A DNA stretch of 64,000 bases from Croceivirga thetidis (GCF_012272815.1 NZ_JAAWWL010000001.1:1301146-1365145); one strand, 5' to 3'; counted from the first letter of the stretch, positions 21,412-32,738 are shown. Program-made: numbers and translations. The notes: generated from the letters alone by a model not told the origin.

Positions 21412-21445
21412 AAAAAGGCGCCATTATTCAGGCGCCTTTTTTTAT
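21412..21445 (+). terminator. rho-independent terminator after the TonB receptor gene
   Basis: GGCGCC (21418-21423), ATTATTCA loop, GGCGCC (21432-21437), then TTTTTTT. Confidence 0.8.
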
Positions 21446-21547
21446 GCTAAAAAAGCAGTCATATTTTTCCTTTTTGCTCTTGAATAAACTATCTTTGCGC
21501 CCGAAAAAAGTAAGTGTATTTCCTACTAAGGAGTAACAACAAATTGA

Positions 21548-23068
<1,521 letters not shown>

Positions 23069-23132
23069 CCAAGGTAAGTGCTGAGCGAAGTCGAAGCATC
23101 TATTAATTTAAAAGATTCCCGTCTTTTCGGGA

Positions 23133-23426
23133 ATGACCATAAAAATTATGTATTTAGAAATTGTATCTCCTGAAGCAACCTTGTTTGCCGGTGAGGTGAC
23201 CTCAGTTACCGTACCTGGAATAAACGGTGAATTTCAAATGTTGCAAAATCACGCTCCAATCGTTTCGCTTTTGCAAGAAGGTGAGGTAAAGGTTCAAGGT
23301 AACATTGAAATTGAAGAAGAATTTCAAAACAAATTCTCCAAAGGTTCTAATGGCGAGACTGTATTGTCGATTAACAGCGGTACGGTTGAAATGAAGGACA
23401 ATAAAGTTATTGTTTTGGCTGATTAG
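23133..23426 (+). CDS. atpC: F0F1 ATP synthase subunit epsilon
   Basis: About 80-97 aa beta-sandwich sequence directly after atpD. An alternative ATG at 23148 (MYLEIVSPE...) is possible. Confidence 0.85.
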   Translation: MTIKIMYLEIVSPEATLFAGEVTSVTVPGINGEFQMLQNHAPIVSLLQEGEVKVQGNIEIEEEFQNKFSKGSNGETVLSINSGTVEMKDNKVIVLAD

Positions 23427-23454
23427 TCAAATCATTTAATTATAGATTATAAGA

Positions 23455-23486
23455 AAGTCCAACTGATAAAGGTTGGACTTTTTTAT
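23455..23486. terminator. bidirectional terminator between atpC (+) and the GNAT gene (-)
   Basis: AGTCCAAC (23456-23463), loop, GTTGGACT (23472-23479), flanked by an A-run on the 5' side and a T-run on the 3' side. Confidence 0.75.
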
Positions 23487-24010
23487 TCCAATAATACTAA
23501 TGACCATTCTCGATCATCAGATGAATACCGTGCCAATTCATTAAATCCAATGGCTTTATGGGCATGCATTGAACGGGTGTTTTTTACATCTACTTCAGTG
23601 ATAATTGCTTCAAAATCTGCTTTGGTAAATCGTTGCATATTTTGATAGAGTCCTCGAAACAAGCCTTTGCCGCGATAGTCTTTTGAAATACATACCTGTC
23701 CCATAACCAGATAGGAACCACCGCTAAAAACTTCGTTTATTTTGGCAAACATGGATTTTAAGAGTTCTATTTCTTCTCCAAATTTTGGGTGCATTGAAAG
23801 CGCATAGCCAACTACATTATTATTTTCAACTGCGATGGTATGGGGACAAGCTTCATTCATTCGTTTTAGTAACGCAAAATCGTGTTCTATGGTCAAGAAG
23901 CCTTGAACCTCCATTTCTTCCTTGGATAGGTTTTTTGGTAAGTTGCGTTGCTGCAAATCCAGAATTTGCAACAATTCGCTATCCGTGTTGGCTTGTTTGT
24001 ATTCAATCAT
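23483..24010 (-). CDS. GNAT family N-acetyltransferase
   Basis: GNAT fold motifs (VGYALS...GKG, RGKGLFRGLY), 175 aa. Confidence 0.75.
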   Translation of the reverse strand: MIEYKQANTDSELLQILDLQQRNLPKNLSKEEMEVQGFLTIEHDFALLKRMNEACPHTIAVENNNVVGYALSMHPKFGEEIELLKSMFAKINEVFSGGSYLVMGQVCISKDYRGKGLFRGLYQNMQRFTKADFEAIITEVDVKNTRSMHAHKAIGFNELARYSSDDREWSLVLLE

Positions 24011-24037
24011 GACTCTTAAAGGTAGTATTTTTGAAAG

Positions 24038-25174
24038 ATGGGAAAGTTTCCTGCTAAACTTGATAATAAACTACAAAAGAGGGTTCGTGAGAATGCACTA
24101 CGTTCCCTTACTACCTCTGATAAATTAGTCGATTTTTCTTCGAATGACTATCTGGGGTTCGCACGAGATACCGTACTAAAAAAAAGAGTTGAAGGGAATT
24201 TGTTAGATGTCAAATTCAACGGGGCAACTGGTTCCAGGCTTCTGTCTGGCAATCACGAATATTACGGAAAACTAGAGGCGGTTTTGTGTACATATCACCA
24301 AGCTGAAGCAGCATTGGTATTTAATTCTGGTTATGACGCCAATTTGGGCTTTTTTAGTTCAGTTCCCCAACGAAACGATACCATACTATATGACGAGTTG
24401 TGCCATGCAAGCATTCGAGATGGAATAAAATTGAGTAATGCCAACAGCATAAAATTTAAGCATAACGATTTAACTGATTTACAAAAGGTAATTGAGCGTA
24501 TACCAGAGAAAACAGCTGGTGATATGTATTTGGTAACCGAATCTGTTTTTTCAATGGATGGCGACTCACCTGACTTAATAGCATTGGCTAATTTTTGTTC
24601 GGAAAAACAAATTTATTTAATCGTTGATGAGGCCCATGCGGTTGGTGTATTTAAGAATGGTTTGGTCAACCAATTGAATTTAGAAGATGCTGTTTTTGCA
24701 CGAATTGTGACTTTCGGTAAAGCTCTGGGATCTCATGGGGCAGCCGTTTTATGTGGTATTGAATTGCGTACCTATCTCATTAACTTCTGCCGCAGTTTAA
24801 TCTATACGACGGCCTTACCGCCTCATTCTATTTTGTCTTCATTTTATTCCTACAGATACTTGCAAGAAGAAGAGGGACTTGCCGCCATTAAAAAATTATT
24901 GGACAACATTTCTTATTTTAAGTCAACAGTTGAAAGATTGAAGTTGAATACTTATTTTTCTGAGAGTGAATCAGCAATTCAAGTCTTTTGCAAGACGGGT
25001 AATAATTGCATCAAAAAACTATCTAATTCATTGGCTGAAATTGGATTTGATATAAAACCAATCTTGTCACCTACGGTTCCAAAAGGGCAAGAACGATTGC
25101 GAATTTGTATGCATTCTTTCAACACCAAAAATGAAATTGATAAAGTACTCGCAACTATAAATGAAAATCTGTGA
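24038..25174 (+). CDS. bioF: 8-amino-7-oxononanoate synthase
   Basis: Class-II aminotransferase / AONS family (SNDYLG, VFSMDGD, PLP-lysine region TFGKALG). Adjacent to bioD. Confidence 0.8.
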   Translation: MGKFPAKLDNKLQKRVRENALRSLTTSDKLVDFSSNDYLGFARDTVLKKRVEGNLLDVKFNGATGSRLLSGNHEYYGKLEAVLCTYHQAEAALVFNSGYDANLGFFSSVPQRNDTILYDELCHASIRDGIKLSNANSIKFKHNDLTDLQKVIERIPEKTAGDMYLVTESVFSMDGDSPDLIALANFCSEKQIYLIVDEAHAVGVFKNGLVNQLNLEDAVFARIVTFGKALGSHGAAVLCGIELRTYLINFCRSLIYTTALPPHSILSSFYSYRYLQEEEGLAAIKKLLDNISYFKSTVERLKLNTYFSESESAIQVFCKTGNNCIKKLSNSLAEIGFDIKPILSPTVPKGQERLRICMHSFNTKNEIDKVLATINENL

Positions 25175-25560
25175 AAGCAAATGAATGGATAACACTGGGC
25201 AGTTATGAATTTCTTTCTGATGTACAGGTAATTCGAGGAAAATTAGAATCAGAAGGCATACCTGTAAACCTAAAGGACGAGAATACTGTTGGCGTAGAAC
25301 CCTTTGCCAGTAATGCAATTGGCGGCATCAAACTACAAGTTTTAAAGCAGTATGAAGAAGAGGCAAGACAGATATATGATGAAATACGAAACTATGCTGT
25401 TGATGATGAAGGTAATTTGATAACCTGTCCAAATTGTAAAAAACAGAAATCAGAAGTGTACTATTCAAGAAAGAAACTGGTTCACAAATTGTTCCCCTTT
25501 TTCGAACCTAAAAAATACCGTTGTTTGCATTGTAATTTTATTAGAAGGGCAGACGTATGA
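25171..25560 (+). CDS. DUF2007-like (putative signal-transducing) domain protein with C-terminal C4 zinc ribbon
   Basis: The N-terminus (LGSYEFLSDVQVIRGKLESEGIP) resembles DUF2007. The C-terminus has CPNCK...CLHCN. GTGA overlap with the bioF stop and ATGA overlap with the bioD start. GTG start. Confidence 0.5.
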   Translation: MKANEWITLGSYEFLSDVQVIRGKLESEGIPVNLKDENTVGVEPFASNAIGGIKLQVLKQYEEEARQIYDEIRNYAVDDEGNLITCPNCKKQKSEVYYSRKKLVHKLFPFFEPKKYRCLHCNFIRRADV

Positions 25561-26171
25561 AAATTTTTGTAACTGGAATATCCACTGAAGTTGGTAAAAC
25601 GTTGATTTCCGCAATTTTGGTTGAAGCTTTGGAAGCTGATTATTGGAAGCCTGTGCAAGCTGGGGACTTGGATAATTCTGATAGTCATAAAGTAGAACGA
25701 TTGATTTCCAATTCCAAAACCAAAATCCATCCGAATAGTTATGCCTTGGAAACTCCGATGAGTCCGCATGGAGCGGCAGACATTGATGGGATAAAAATTG
25801 ATTTAGAAAAGATTATTGAGCCAAAAACTAATGGCCCTTTGGTCATAGAAGGTGCCGGAGGCCTTTTGGTACCACTAAACGATACCGATACCATATTGGA
25901 TTTGATTAAAGCTGAGCACAAAGTCGTTGTGGTTTCCCGCCATTATTTGGGAAGTATCAATCATTCCTTACTGACCATTACCACACTACAGGAAAAGGGA
26001 CTTGATATTGGGATTATATTTAGTGGAAATGAGCATCCAACCACGGAGAGCATAATTCTAAAAAAGACCAATGTTAACTATTTGGGACGGGTCAATGAGG
26101 AAGAAAAGATTACCAAAGAAATCGTTAAGAGTTACGCCGAGAAATTCAAACCAGCACTATTGAACTGGTAA
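25557..26171 (+). CDS. bioD: dethiobiotin synthase
   Basis: MKIFVTGISTEVGKT P-loop typical of BioD, 204 aa. Confidence 0.85.
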   Translation: MKIFVTGISTEVGKTLISAILVEALEADYWKPVQAGDLDNSDSHKVERLISNSKTKIHPNSYALETPMSPHGAADIDGIKIDLEKIIEPKTNGPLVIEGAGGLLVPLNDTDTILDLIKAEHKVVVVSRHYLGSINHSLLTITTLQEKGLDIGIIFSGNEHPTTESIILKKTNVNYLGRVNEEEKITKEIVKSYAEKFKPALLNW

Positions 26172-27716
26172 TCGCTTATGAATGACTGCGTTTTCAACAG
26201 TATCCAAAACCTGGTAATTTTTTAGAAGTTCCAACTGCGCATAAAAATTCGAAGCATACTTCTCGTGATAAAATATTCTCCTGTTTTTTCGAGTAACAAT
26301 AAATTCCGGTTTCTTGATTTCGAATATAAATTTCAATTCTTCAAATTTATTGGTTCTATGATTCGCCATGTAGGGGAATAATTCATCACGTAGTAAATTA
26401 CTTGGGTGTGTAGCAGCTTTAGTAGGAGGATTTATTCCCATCACCCAATATCCAATATGATATTCAAAGAATAGAATATTGTTTGTTGACAATTCATTTT
26501 CTGAAAAATACCTTGGCACAGAAACCCCTTCGCCATTGTAAAAGGTGTCATATTCTGTTTTGTTCTTTACGATATTCCCATACTCTAGATAGCTTTCAAT
26601 CGGTAATAATAATATCAAAATTGGTGTCAACACTAGAAATGTTTTTGTCTTGAAAATTGAAAATGTAGCTAAAGCACAAACAAGTAAAACAATTAGAAAC
26701 GGATAAAACTGAATTAAATAGTGTCCGTTCGCTTTTCCCGCCTGAAGAAACGAAAACAAAACCCCAAATCCAGTAAACAGCAAAATCTTGGTATTAGTTG
26801 GTTTATTCTTGAGAAAAGACCTCCAAAGGAATACCAGAACAGTTCCGAAAATTAGTACTGTTGGCAGCACCTTTAAAACAGAATTGTCTTGTGCTTCAGC
26901 GTAAGCCAAGGGAGCCTTAAAAACCGAACCCCACCATAAATTAGGTTGACCAGTTGATTGATATGGCAGAAACGTTAGGAAAACAACAAAACAAATTGAC
27001 GAACCACAAACTAAAAGGCGCGCAATCGTCATTTTTAGGTTTTGATTTCTATAACTTTCCCAAAGACTGAACGCAAAAAGAAAAACCAATGGATAACCCA
27101 TGTTTAATTTGCTCATCACAGCAAGTCCAAACAATAGCCCCGCCAAGACAGTAAAAAGCCTATTTCTGTTGTCAAGAAAAAGGTATAGACCTGGTATAAA
27201 AAAGGCCATACTGATATGCTCAGACATCACCCCTTGTAAGCTTCCAAAGAGACTAAAAAGCACTATGACCAATAAAGCCGAAATAATGCTTGAACTCTTA
27301 CTGGAATGTCTCTTGGTTATTTTGAAAGTGTAAAATGCGGCAATTGTGACTAATAGGGTACCCATCAATCTAATGGCCAAAAAGCTCTTGCCGAATATTT
27401 TTACGATTACAGCAAAAAATAAGAATGTAACCGGAGGTTTTAGGTCCCAAAGCTCAGTGTAAGGTAAGTTTCCATCTGCCCACGATTGCCCCATTAAAAT
27501 AAATGTGCTCTCGTCTCGGTCAATATAATCACGAAAAAAAAACGGGAATCGTATAAAAAATGCGTAAACAAACAGACCTACGAAGAGCTGCCACTCCTTA
27601 ATCTGATCTATAAAATCAAAAAATCGGGAAGTTGCTATTCTTGACAATCTTAGGGAAGTTTTTTTGCCATCTTTGCAAGATAGAAAATTGCAAGCGCTAT
27701 TGGAAGATTTGAACAA
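26157..27716 (-). CDS. glycosyltransferase family 39 (ArnT/PMT-like) membrane protein
   Basis: Many TM helices. The N-terminal loop (DRDESTFILMGQSWADGNLPYTELWDLKPP) resembles ArnT/PMT. The start is TTG at 27716 or TTG at 27647; no in-frame ATG precedes TM1. Confidence 0.6.
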   Translation of the reverse strand: MFKSSNSACNFLSCKDGKKTSLRLSRIATSRFFDFIDQIKEWQLFVGLFVYAFFIRFPFFFRDYIDRDESTFILMGQSWADGNLPYTELWDLKPPVTFLFFAVIVKIFGKSFLAIRLMGTLLVTIAAFYTFKITKRHSSKSSSIISALLVIVLFSLFGSLQGVMSEHISMAFFIPGLYLFLDNRNRLFTVLAGLLFGLAVMSKLNMGYPLVFLFAFSLWESYRNQNLKMTIARLLVCGSSICFVVFLTFLPYQSTGQPNLWWGSVFKAPLAYAEAQDNSVLKVLPTVLIFGTVLVFLWRSFLKNKPTNTKILLFTGFGVLFSFLQAGKANGHYLIQFYPFLIVLLVCALATFSIFKTKTFLVLTPILILLLPIESYLEYGNIVKNKTEYDTFYNGEGVSVPRYFSENELSTNNILFFEYHIGYWVMGINPPTKAATHPSNLLRDELFPYMANHRTNKFEELKFIFEIKKPEFIVTRKNRRIFYHEKYASNFYAQLELLKNYQVLDTVENAVIHKRLPVQ

Positions 27717-28983
27717 ATCTAAAAGTTTAGTTGAAAGGGATAGGAACCATCTTTGGCACCCTTTGACGCAACATCAAACGGCACCACCACCTTTGGCAAT
27801 TACCAAGGCAAAAGGGGCATTGATTTGGGATGAATGTGGCAATAGTTATATCGATGGTATTGGTTCTTGGTACACTGCTATGTATGGTCATGCGAATGAG
27901 CACATCATTAACGCCATGACAAATCAAATGAAGCAGCTTGATTTTGTGATGTTCAGTGGTTTTACCCATGCACCTGCCATTGAACTTTCAGAACGACTAT
28001 TGGATATTTTACCATCAAACCAATCACGAATTTTCTTTAACGATAATGGCTCCACTGCGATTGAGGCCGGAATCAAAATGGCACTACAATACCATTTTAA
28101 TCGTGGTGAAAAGCGCGATACGCTGATTGCCTTTGAAGATGGTTTCCATGGAGATACATTTGGGGCAATGAGTGCCTCTGGCTTGTCATCATACAATGGC
28201 CCATTTGAAGATTTTCTTCTTAAAGTTGAACGCATACCAGTTCCAAAAGAAGATTCCATTGCTGATGTGGTCAAGATTTTAGAGGAAATACTTGCCGCGA
28301 ATTCTTGTGCAGCGTTTGTTTTTGAACCTTTGGTTCAAGGAGCCGCAGGCATGAAATTTCATTCTGCTGAGGGGCTCGATTTACTCTTGAAAAAATGTCA
28401 AGAGAACGGTGTGATTTGTATTGCAGACGAAATCATGACTGGTTTTGGAAAAACGGGGAAGAATTTTGCGTCTGAATATTTGAATGCTGAACCCGATATC
28501 ATATGCCTAAGTAAGGCTTTGACTGCGGGTATGTTTCCGTTGAGCATCACGAGTTGTGCGGAACATTTGTTCGAAGCGTTTTTGAGTGATGAGGTTTCAA
28601 AAGGCTTTTTTCATGCACATACTTTTAGTGCCCATCCGATAGGTTGTGCGGCAGCCCTAGCCGGACTTGATTTGTTAAATTCTGAAGAGATTCTCCAAAG
28701 AAGAAGTGCTATTGCAAATGCCCATATAAATTTTGTCCATCAAGTAATTGACCATCCTAAAGTCAAAGATGCCCGAAGTAAAGGTGTTATTTTGGCAATT
28801 GATTTAGACATAACCATAAGTCGATATGGTAAAACCCGTGACGAACTGTATCAATTTTTCATGAAAAGAGGGGTAAACTTGCGTCCTTTGGGCAACGCGA
28901 TTTATGTACTGCCACCATATGTCATTACCGATTCTGAATTAAACAAAATTTATAATGCTATTCTAGAACTGCTGGAGGCTTAA
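27664..28983 (+). CDS. bioA: adenosylmethionine-8-amino-7-oxononanoate aminotransferase
   Basis: LVERDRNHLWHP matches BioA LAFDQRHIWHP, within a class-III aminotransferase fold. The true start is probably TTG at 27700 or 27709; the ORF-track start at 27664 is also TTG. Confidence 0.8.
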   Translation: MPSLQDRKLQALLEDLNKSKSLVERDRNHLWHPLTQHQTAPPPLAITKAKGALIWDECGNSYIDGIGSWYTAMYGHANEHIINAMTNQMKQLDFVMFSGFTHAPAIELSERLLDILPSNQSRIFFNDNGSTAIEAGIKMALQYHFNRGEKRDTLIAFEDGFHGDTFGAMSASGLSSYNGPFEDFLLKVERIPVPKEDSIADVVKILEEILAANSCAAFVFEPLVQGAAGMKFHSAEGLDLLLKKCQENGVICIADEIMTGFGKTGKNFASEYLNAEPDIICLSKALTAGMFPLSITSCAEHLFEAFLSDEVSKGFFHAHTFSAHPIGCAAALAGLDLLNSEEILQRRSAIANAHINFVHQVIDHPKVKDARSKGVILAIDLDITISRYGKTRDELYQFFMKRGVNLRPLGNAIYVLPPYVITDSELNKIYNAILELLEA

Positions 28984-29411
28984 AATTGGGGTTCGGAATC
29001 TTCCAAGTATTCAAATTCTTGTTCGTTGACTTCAACCCGAATTTCATGATAGACCCATTCATCACCTTCTCCAGATGCATCAATAAATAGGGTGCCTGAA
29101 TTTTTTGGCCCAGATATAGGAATCTTCATTTTAGCACTTTTAGAACCGTTTACCCAGTTGATATTGCCTTGAATCATTCCATCTTGCTCAATTGGAGACC
29201 CTAGAACTTCAGTAAGGGCTTCGTCTTTGTTTATAAGTTCAAAAGCATACTCATAGGGTTGTGATTCTTCCATAATATTGGTTACACCGAAATAAATTGA
29301 CGAAACAAGTACAATAAAACCTATAATTAAGGTTAAGCAACCGCCAAGGGGCAATACCCATTTCCAATTACTACTCCACCAGCTTTTCTGCGGAATCAAT
29401 TCGTTGTTCAT
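28980..29411 (-). CDS. Coa1-like / hypothetical single-pass membrane protein
   Basis: One TM (WKWVLPLGGCLTLIIGFIVLV) followed by a roughly 100-aa domain resembling cytochrome-oxidase-assembly Coa1 family proteins. The ATG at 29411 was chosen because the longer ORF (to 29564) overlaps the opposite-strand KAS gene. Confidence 0.35.
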   Translation of the reverse strand: MNNELIPQKSWWSSNWKWVLPLGGCLTLIIGFIVLVSSIYFGVTNIMEESQPYEYAFELINKDEALTEVLGSPIEQDGMIQGNINWVNGSKSAKMKIPISGPKNSGTLFIDASGEGDEWVYHEIRVEVNEQEFEYLEDSEPQF

Positions 29412-29464
29412 TCTTTTACTTTTTTCAATAAGATGAAGGTAATAACTTTTACTTTTGGCCTGCC

Positions 29465-30619
29465 GTGAAGACACCAATATCCATAACAGCAATATCTTCT
29501 TTATCAGCTTTAGGAGCTGACGAGACCATAATTGAGCTGGGCTACTCAAATTCAAAACATTCACTGACTTTAAAAGAAATTGGAGGTCAAAAAGTTTGGG
29601 TTGGTCATTTGACCAAAAAAGAAAAACAAGCTATTACAACGCTTCGTAATTCTGATTCAAAATACAAGAACCTTGATGATTCGGTTTTATTCGCCATTTA
29701 TTCGTCCAGAAAAGCAATCGAAAAAGCTGGTTGGAAAAGTGGAGATGATTTTGGTGTAAATATTGGCTCATCAAGAGGTGCAACTTCATTATTTGAAGAA
29801 TACCATAGATCTTATTTAAAGGAAGGAAAAACGGCAACCTTGACTTCGCCTACCACTACCCTTGGTAACATCTCTTCTTGGGTTGCTCATGACCTGCAAT
29901 CTAAAGGGCCTGTTATATCACATTCCATCACATGTTCAACCGCACTTCATTCATTGTTAAATGGAATTGCTTGGTTACGAGGTGGAATGGCTGACAAATT
30001 TTTAGTAGGGGGAAGTGAAGCACCGCTGACTTCATTCACCTTGGCCCAAATGAAGGCTCTAAAAATCTATAGTAGCTCAAATGAAGAATATCCTTGTCAG
30101 GCATTGGAACTGGAAAAGAAAAAAAATACAATGGTTTTGGGTGAGGGTGCAGCAATTGCTTGCCTCGAGAAGGGTGTTTCGGATAAAGCCATTGCACGGA
30201 TAGTAGGAATTGGATATGCTACCGAAATCCTTGAGCATAATGTTTCCATTTCTTCCGATGCTAAATGCTTTCAAGATGCCATGAAAATGGCCTTAGGAGA
30301 ATTTTCACCAGACGAAATTGATGCTATAGTTATGCATGCTCCAGGCACTATAAAGGGTGATGTATCTGAATATCAAGCTATTAAAAAGGTATTTTGTAAC
30401 AAAACCCCTTTTTTGACGACAAATAAATGGAAAGTAGGTCACACCTTCGGAGCTTCTGGAATGCTCAGCATAGAAATGGCCATCCTAATGCTAACCCACC
30501 AGAGGCCCATACCCGTTCCGTTTATAGCATACAAAAGTCTTCCTGACTCCTTTGACAAAATAATGGTCAATGCAGTTGGCTTTGGAGGTAATGCCGTATC
30601 GATTCTACTTTCATTATGA
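29465..30619 (+). CDS. beta-ketoacyl-ACP synthase I/II-like condensing enzyme
   Basis: Cys-His-His triad context: ITCSTALHS (Cys), VMHAPGT (His), KVGHTFGASG (His). 384 aa. GTG start at 29465. Confidence 0.7.
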   Translation: MKTPISITAISSLSALGADETIIELGYSNSKHSLTLKEIGGQKVWVGHLTKKEKQAITTLRNSDSKYKNLDDSVLFAIYSSRKAIEKAGWKSGDDFGVNIGSSRGATSLFEEYHRSYLKEGKTATLTSPTTTLGNISSWVAHDLQSKGPVISHSITCSTALHSLLNGIAWLRGGMADKFLVGGSEAPLTSFTLAQMKALKIYSSSNEEYPCQALELEKKKNTMVLGEGAAIACLEKGVSDKAIARIVGIGYATEILEHNVSISSDAKCFQDAMKMALGEFSPDEIDAIVMHAPGTIKGDVSEYQAIKKVFCNKTPFLTTNKWKVGHTFGASGMLSIEMAILMLTHQRPIPVPFIAYKSLPDSFDKIMVNAVGFGGNAVSILLSL

Positions 30620-30697
30620 CCCTTAATAAGATATTTGAATATCCATTCAAAGTCTTATCTTAAATTATTATTTCAACCACTTTAAAATTGTAAAGCC

Positions 30698-31273
30698 ATG
30701 GAAACTTGGTTCGAAGCTTTGACGCTTTTTCAGAAAATTTATTGGATTGTAGCCATCGTAGGCTCTGCTATTCTATTGGTACTTATCGCCATGACCTTAA
30801 TTGGTGGTGATGTTGACGACATGGGAGATGTTGATGCTGATATTGATGGGGATACAGGAATAGGTTTTCAGTTTTTATCGTTCAAAAACTTGATGGGTTT
30901 TTTGACCATTTTTGGTTGGTCCGGTATTTCATGTATCGATAACGGACTTTCGACTGGTGCAACCATTGCAATATCCGTTTTTTGCGGATTGCTTATGATG
31001 CTAACGATGGCTTCATTGTTCTACTATTTGGCAAAATTGCAAAGTAGCGGTACGCTTAAGCTAAAAAATGCAAAAGACCAAATAGGAGAGGTATACCTCA
31101 CGGTGGGTGCCAAGCGTAGTAGAATCGGTAAGGTCAGTGTTAATGTTCAAGGTACGCTTCGTGAACTTCAAGCATTGACCGATGAAGACCAAGATTTGGT
31201 TCAAGGTAACGTGGTGAAAGTACATGATGTCACAGATACAGGAATTTTAATAGTCAATCTTTTAAATAAATAG
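30698..31273 (+). CDS. NfeD-family membrane protein (flotillin partner)
   Basis: N-terminal TM helices plus a C-terminal OB-fold-like region (VGAKRSRIGKVSVNVQGTLRELQA). Directly upstream of a flotillin gene. Confidence 0.65.
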   Translation: METWFEALTLFQKIYWIVAIVGSAILLVLIAMTLIGGDVDDMGDVDADIDGDTGIGFQFLSFKNLMGFLTIFGWSGISCIDNGLSTGATIAISVFCGLLMMLTMASLFYYLAKLQSSGTLKLKNAKDQIGEVYLTVGAKRSRIGKVSVNVQGTLRELQALTDEDQDLVQGNVVKVHDVTDTGILIVNLLNK

Positions 31274-31277
31274 AAAT

Positions 31278-32723
31278 ATGCTAATACTACCATTACAATT
31301 GGGCGGAGGCGGCACTTTGCTTGCCATTGGCTTCGCCATCCTCTTTTTCTTTATAATTATTATATCCTTCATTAGAAGGTACAAACGCTGTCCCTCAGAC
31401 CGTATTCTTGTGGTCTATGGAAAGGTAGGTACTGGTAATTCTGCCAAGTGTATTCATGGTGGAGCCGCCTTTGTTTGGCCCGTTATCCAAGACTATGAGT
31501 ATTTGGATTTGACCCCTATTTCAATAGAGGTCGATTTGCAGAACGCCCTTAGTAAACAGAATATACGGGTTAACGTACCTTCTCGTTTTACCATAGGTAT
31601 TTCAACCGAACCCGGTGTAATGCAGAACGCGGCTGAGCGCTTATTGGGCCTTGGTCTTCCAGAGGTTCAAGATTTGGCCAAGGAAATCATTTTCGGTCAG
31701 TTACGTTTGGTTGTAGCATCTATGGATATTGAAGAAATCAATGCCGATAGAGATAAGTTTTTGACAAATATTTCTGCAAGTGTTGAGTCTGAATTGAAGA
31801 AGGTTGGTCTCAAGTTAATTAACGTAAACATCACTGATATTGTTGATGAATCTGGTTATATCGAAGCTTTGGGTAAGGAAGCTGCCGCTCATGCAATCAA
31901 TGCCGCACGTAAATCAGTTGCTGAAAAAAATAGGGATGGTTCTATTGGTGAGGCAAATGCACTACAAGATGAGCGTACCCAGGTAGCAGCCGCAAATGCA
32001 AAAGCAGTCGAAGGTGAGAACATTGCCAAAATAGATGTTGCCAATTCAGATTCACTGCGAAGACAGCGAGAGGCTGAGGCTGAGCGAACCGCCATCGCTG
32101 CTGAGAAGGTTCAGTCTGCTAAAGCTTTGGAAGAGTCCTATGCAGCTGAAAGAGATGCTGAAGTTGCAAGGGCAGAACGTGAGCGAAGCTCTCAATTGGC
32201 TGATATTGTTGTCCCTGCTGAGATAGACAAACAGAAAGTTGAAATTGAAGCCGAAGCTGAAGCTGAAATGATTCGTAGAAGGGCCAAAGGTGAGGCTGAC
32301 GCAATTCTGTTTAAAGCTCAGGCAGAAGCTAAAGGTATTTTTGAAGTATTGACCAAGCAGGCCGAAGGTTTGGATAAAATAGTTCAAGCAGCCGGTGACA
32401 ATCCAAAAGATGCAGTTTTGTTATTAATTGCTGATAAATTACCTGAGTTGGTCGAAAAGCAGGCTGAGGCTATTAAGAATATCAAAATTGATAAGGTTAC
32501 GGTTTGGGATTCTGGTCAGAAGTCTGAAGATGGAAAGAACTCGACAGCCAACTTTATTTCAGGTATGTACAAGTCGGTACCACCCTTACAGGAAATGTTC
32601 AATATGGCAGGTATGCAATTACCTGAGTATTTAAAGGGTAAGGACATTACCGTTGATGATGGTAAAGGAGCAAAACCAGCTCAGAAATCACAGAAAAAAA
32701 CCGATTCAAAATCGGAAGAATAA
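31278..32723 (+). CDS. flotillin / SPFH (band-7) family protein
   Basis: N-terminal TM, SPFH domain, then a long Ala/Glu-rich coiled coil (EAEAERTAIAAEKVQSAKALEE...). Confidence 0.8.
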   Translation: MLILPLQLGGGGTLLAIGFAILFFFIIIISFIRRYKRCPSDRILVVYGKVGTGNSAKCIHGGAAFVWPVIQDYEYLDLTPISIEVDLQNALSKQNIRVNVPSRFTIGISTEPGVMQNAAERLLGLGLPEVQDLAKEIIFGQLRLVVASMDIEEINADRDKFLTNISASVESELKKVGLKLINVNITDIVDESGYIEALGKEAAAHAINAARKSVAEKNRDGSIGEANALQDERTQVAAANAKAVEGENIAKIDVANSDSLRRQREAEAERTAIAAEKVQSAKALEESYAAERDAEVARAERERSSQLADIVVPAEIDKQKVEIEAEAEAEMIRRRAKGEADAILFKAQAEAKGIFEVLTKQAEGLDKIVQAAGDNPKDAVLLLIADKLPELVEKQAEAIKNIKIDKVTVWDSGQKSEDGKNSTANFISGMYKSVPPLQEMFNMAGMQLPEYLKGKDITVDDGKGAKPAQKSQKKTDSKSEE

Positions 32724-32738
32724 AGAGCTTATTTTGAA

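Noticed and set aside
27647-27716. 53-bp antisense overlap between the GT39 gene and the bioA start
   Set aside because: It is most likely an artefact of longest-ORF calling with TTG starts. Internal TTG starts (GT39 at 27647, bioA at 27700/27709) remove the overlap.
29465-29564. 100-bp overlap between the opposite-strand Coa1-like ORF and the KAS-like gene
   Set aside because: It is resolved by using the internal ATG at 29411 for the minus-strand gene. The long N-terminal extension has no conserved features.
31889-32387. Several overlapping ORFs on both strands with E/A/S/L-rich products
   Set aside because: They lie inside the Ala/Glu-rich coiled-coil region of the flotillin gene. The periodic GCTGAGGCTGAA-type coding repeats generate open frames in all phases, so these are not separate genes or intergenic repeats.
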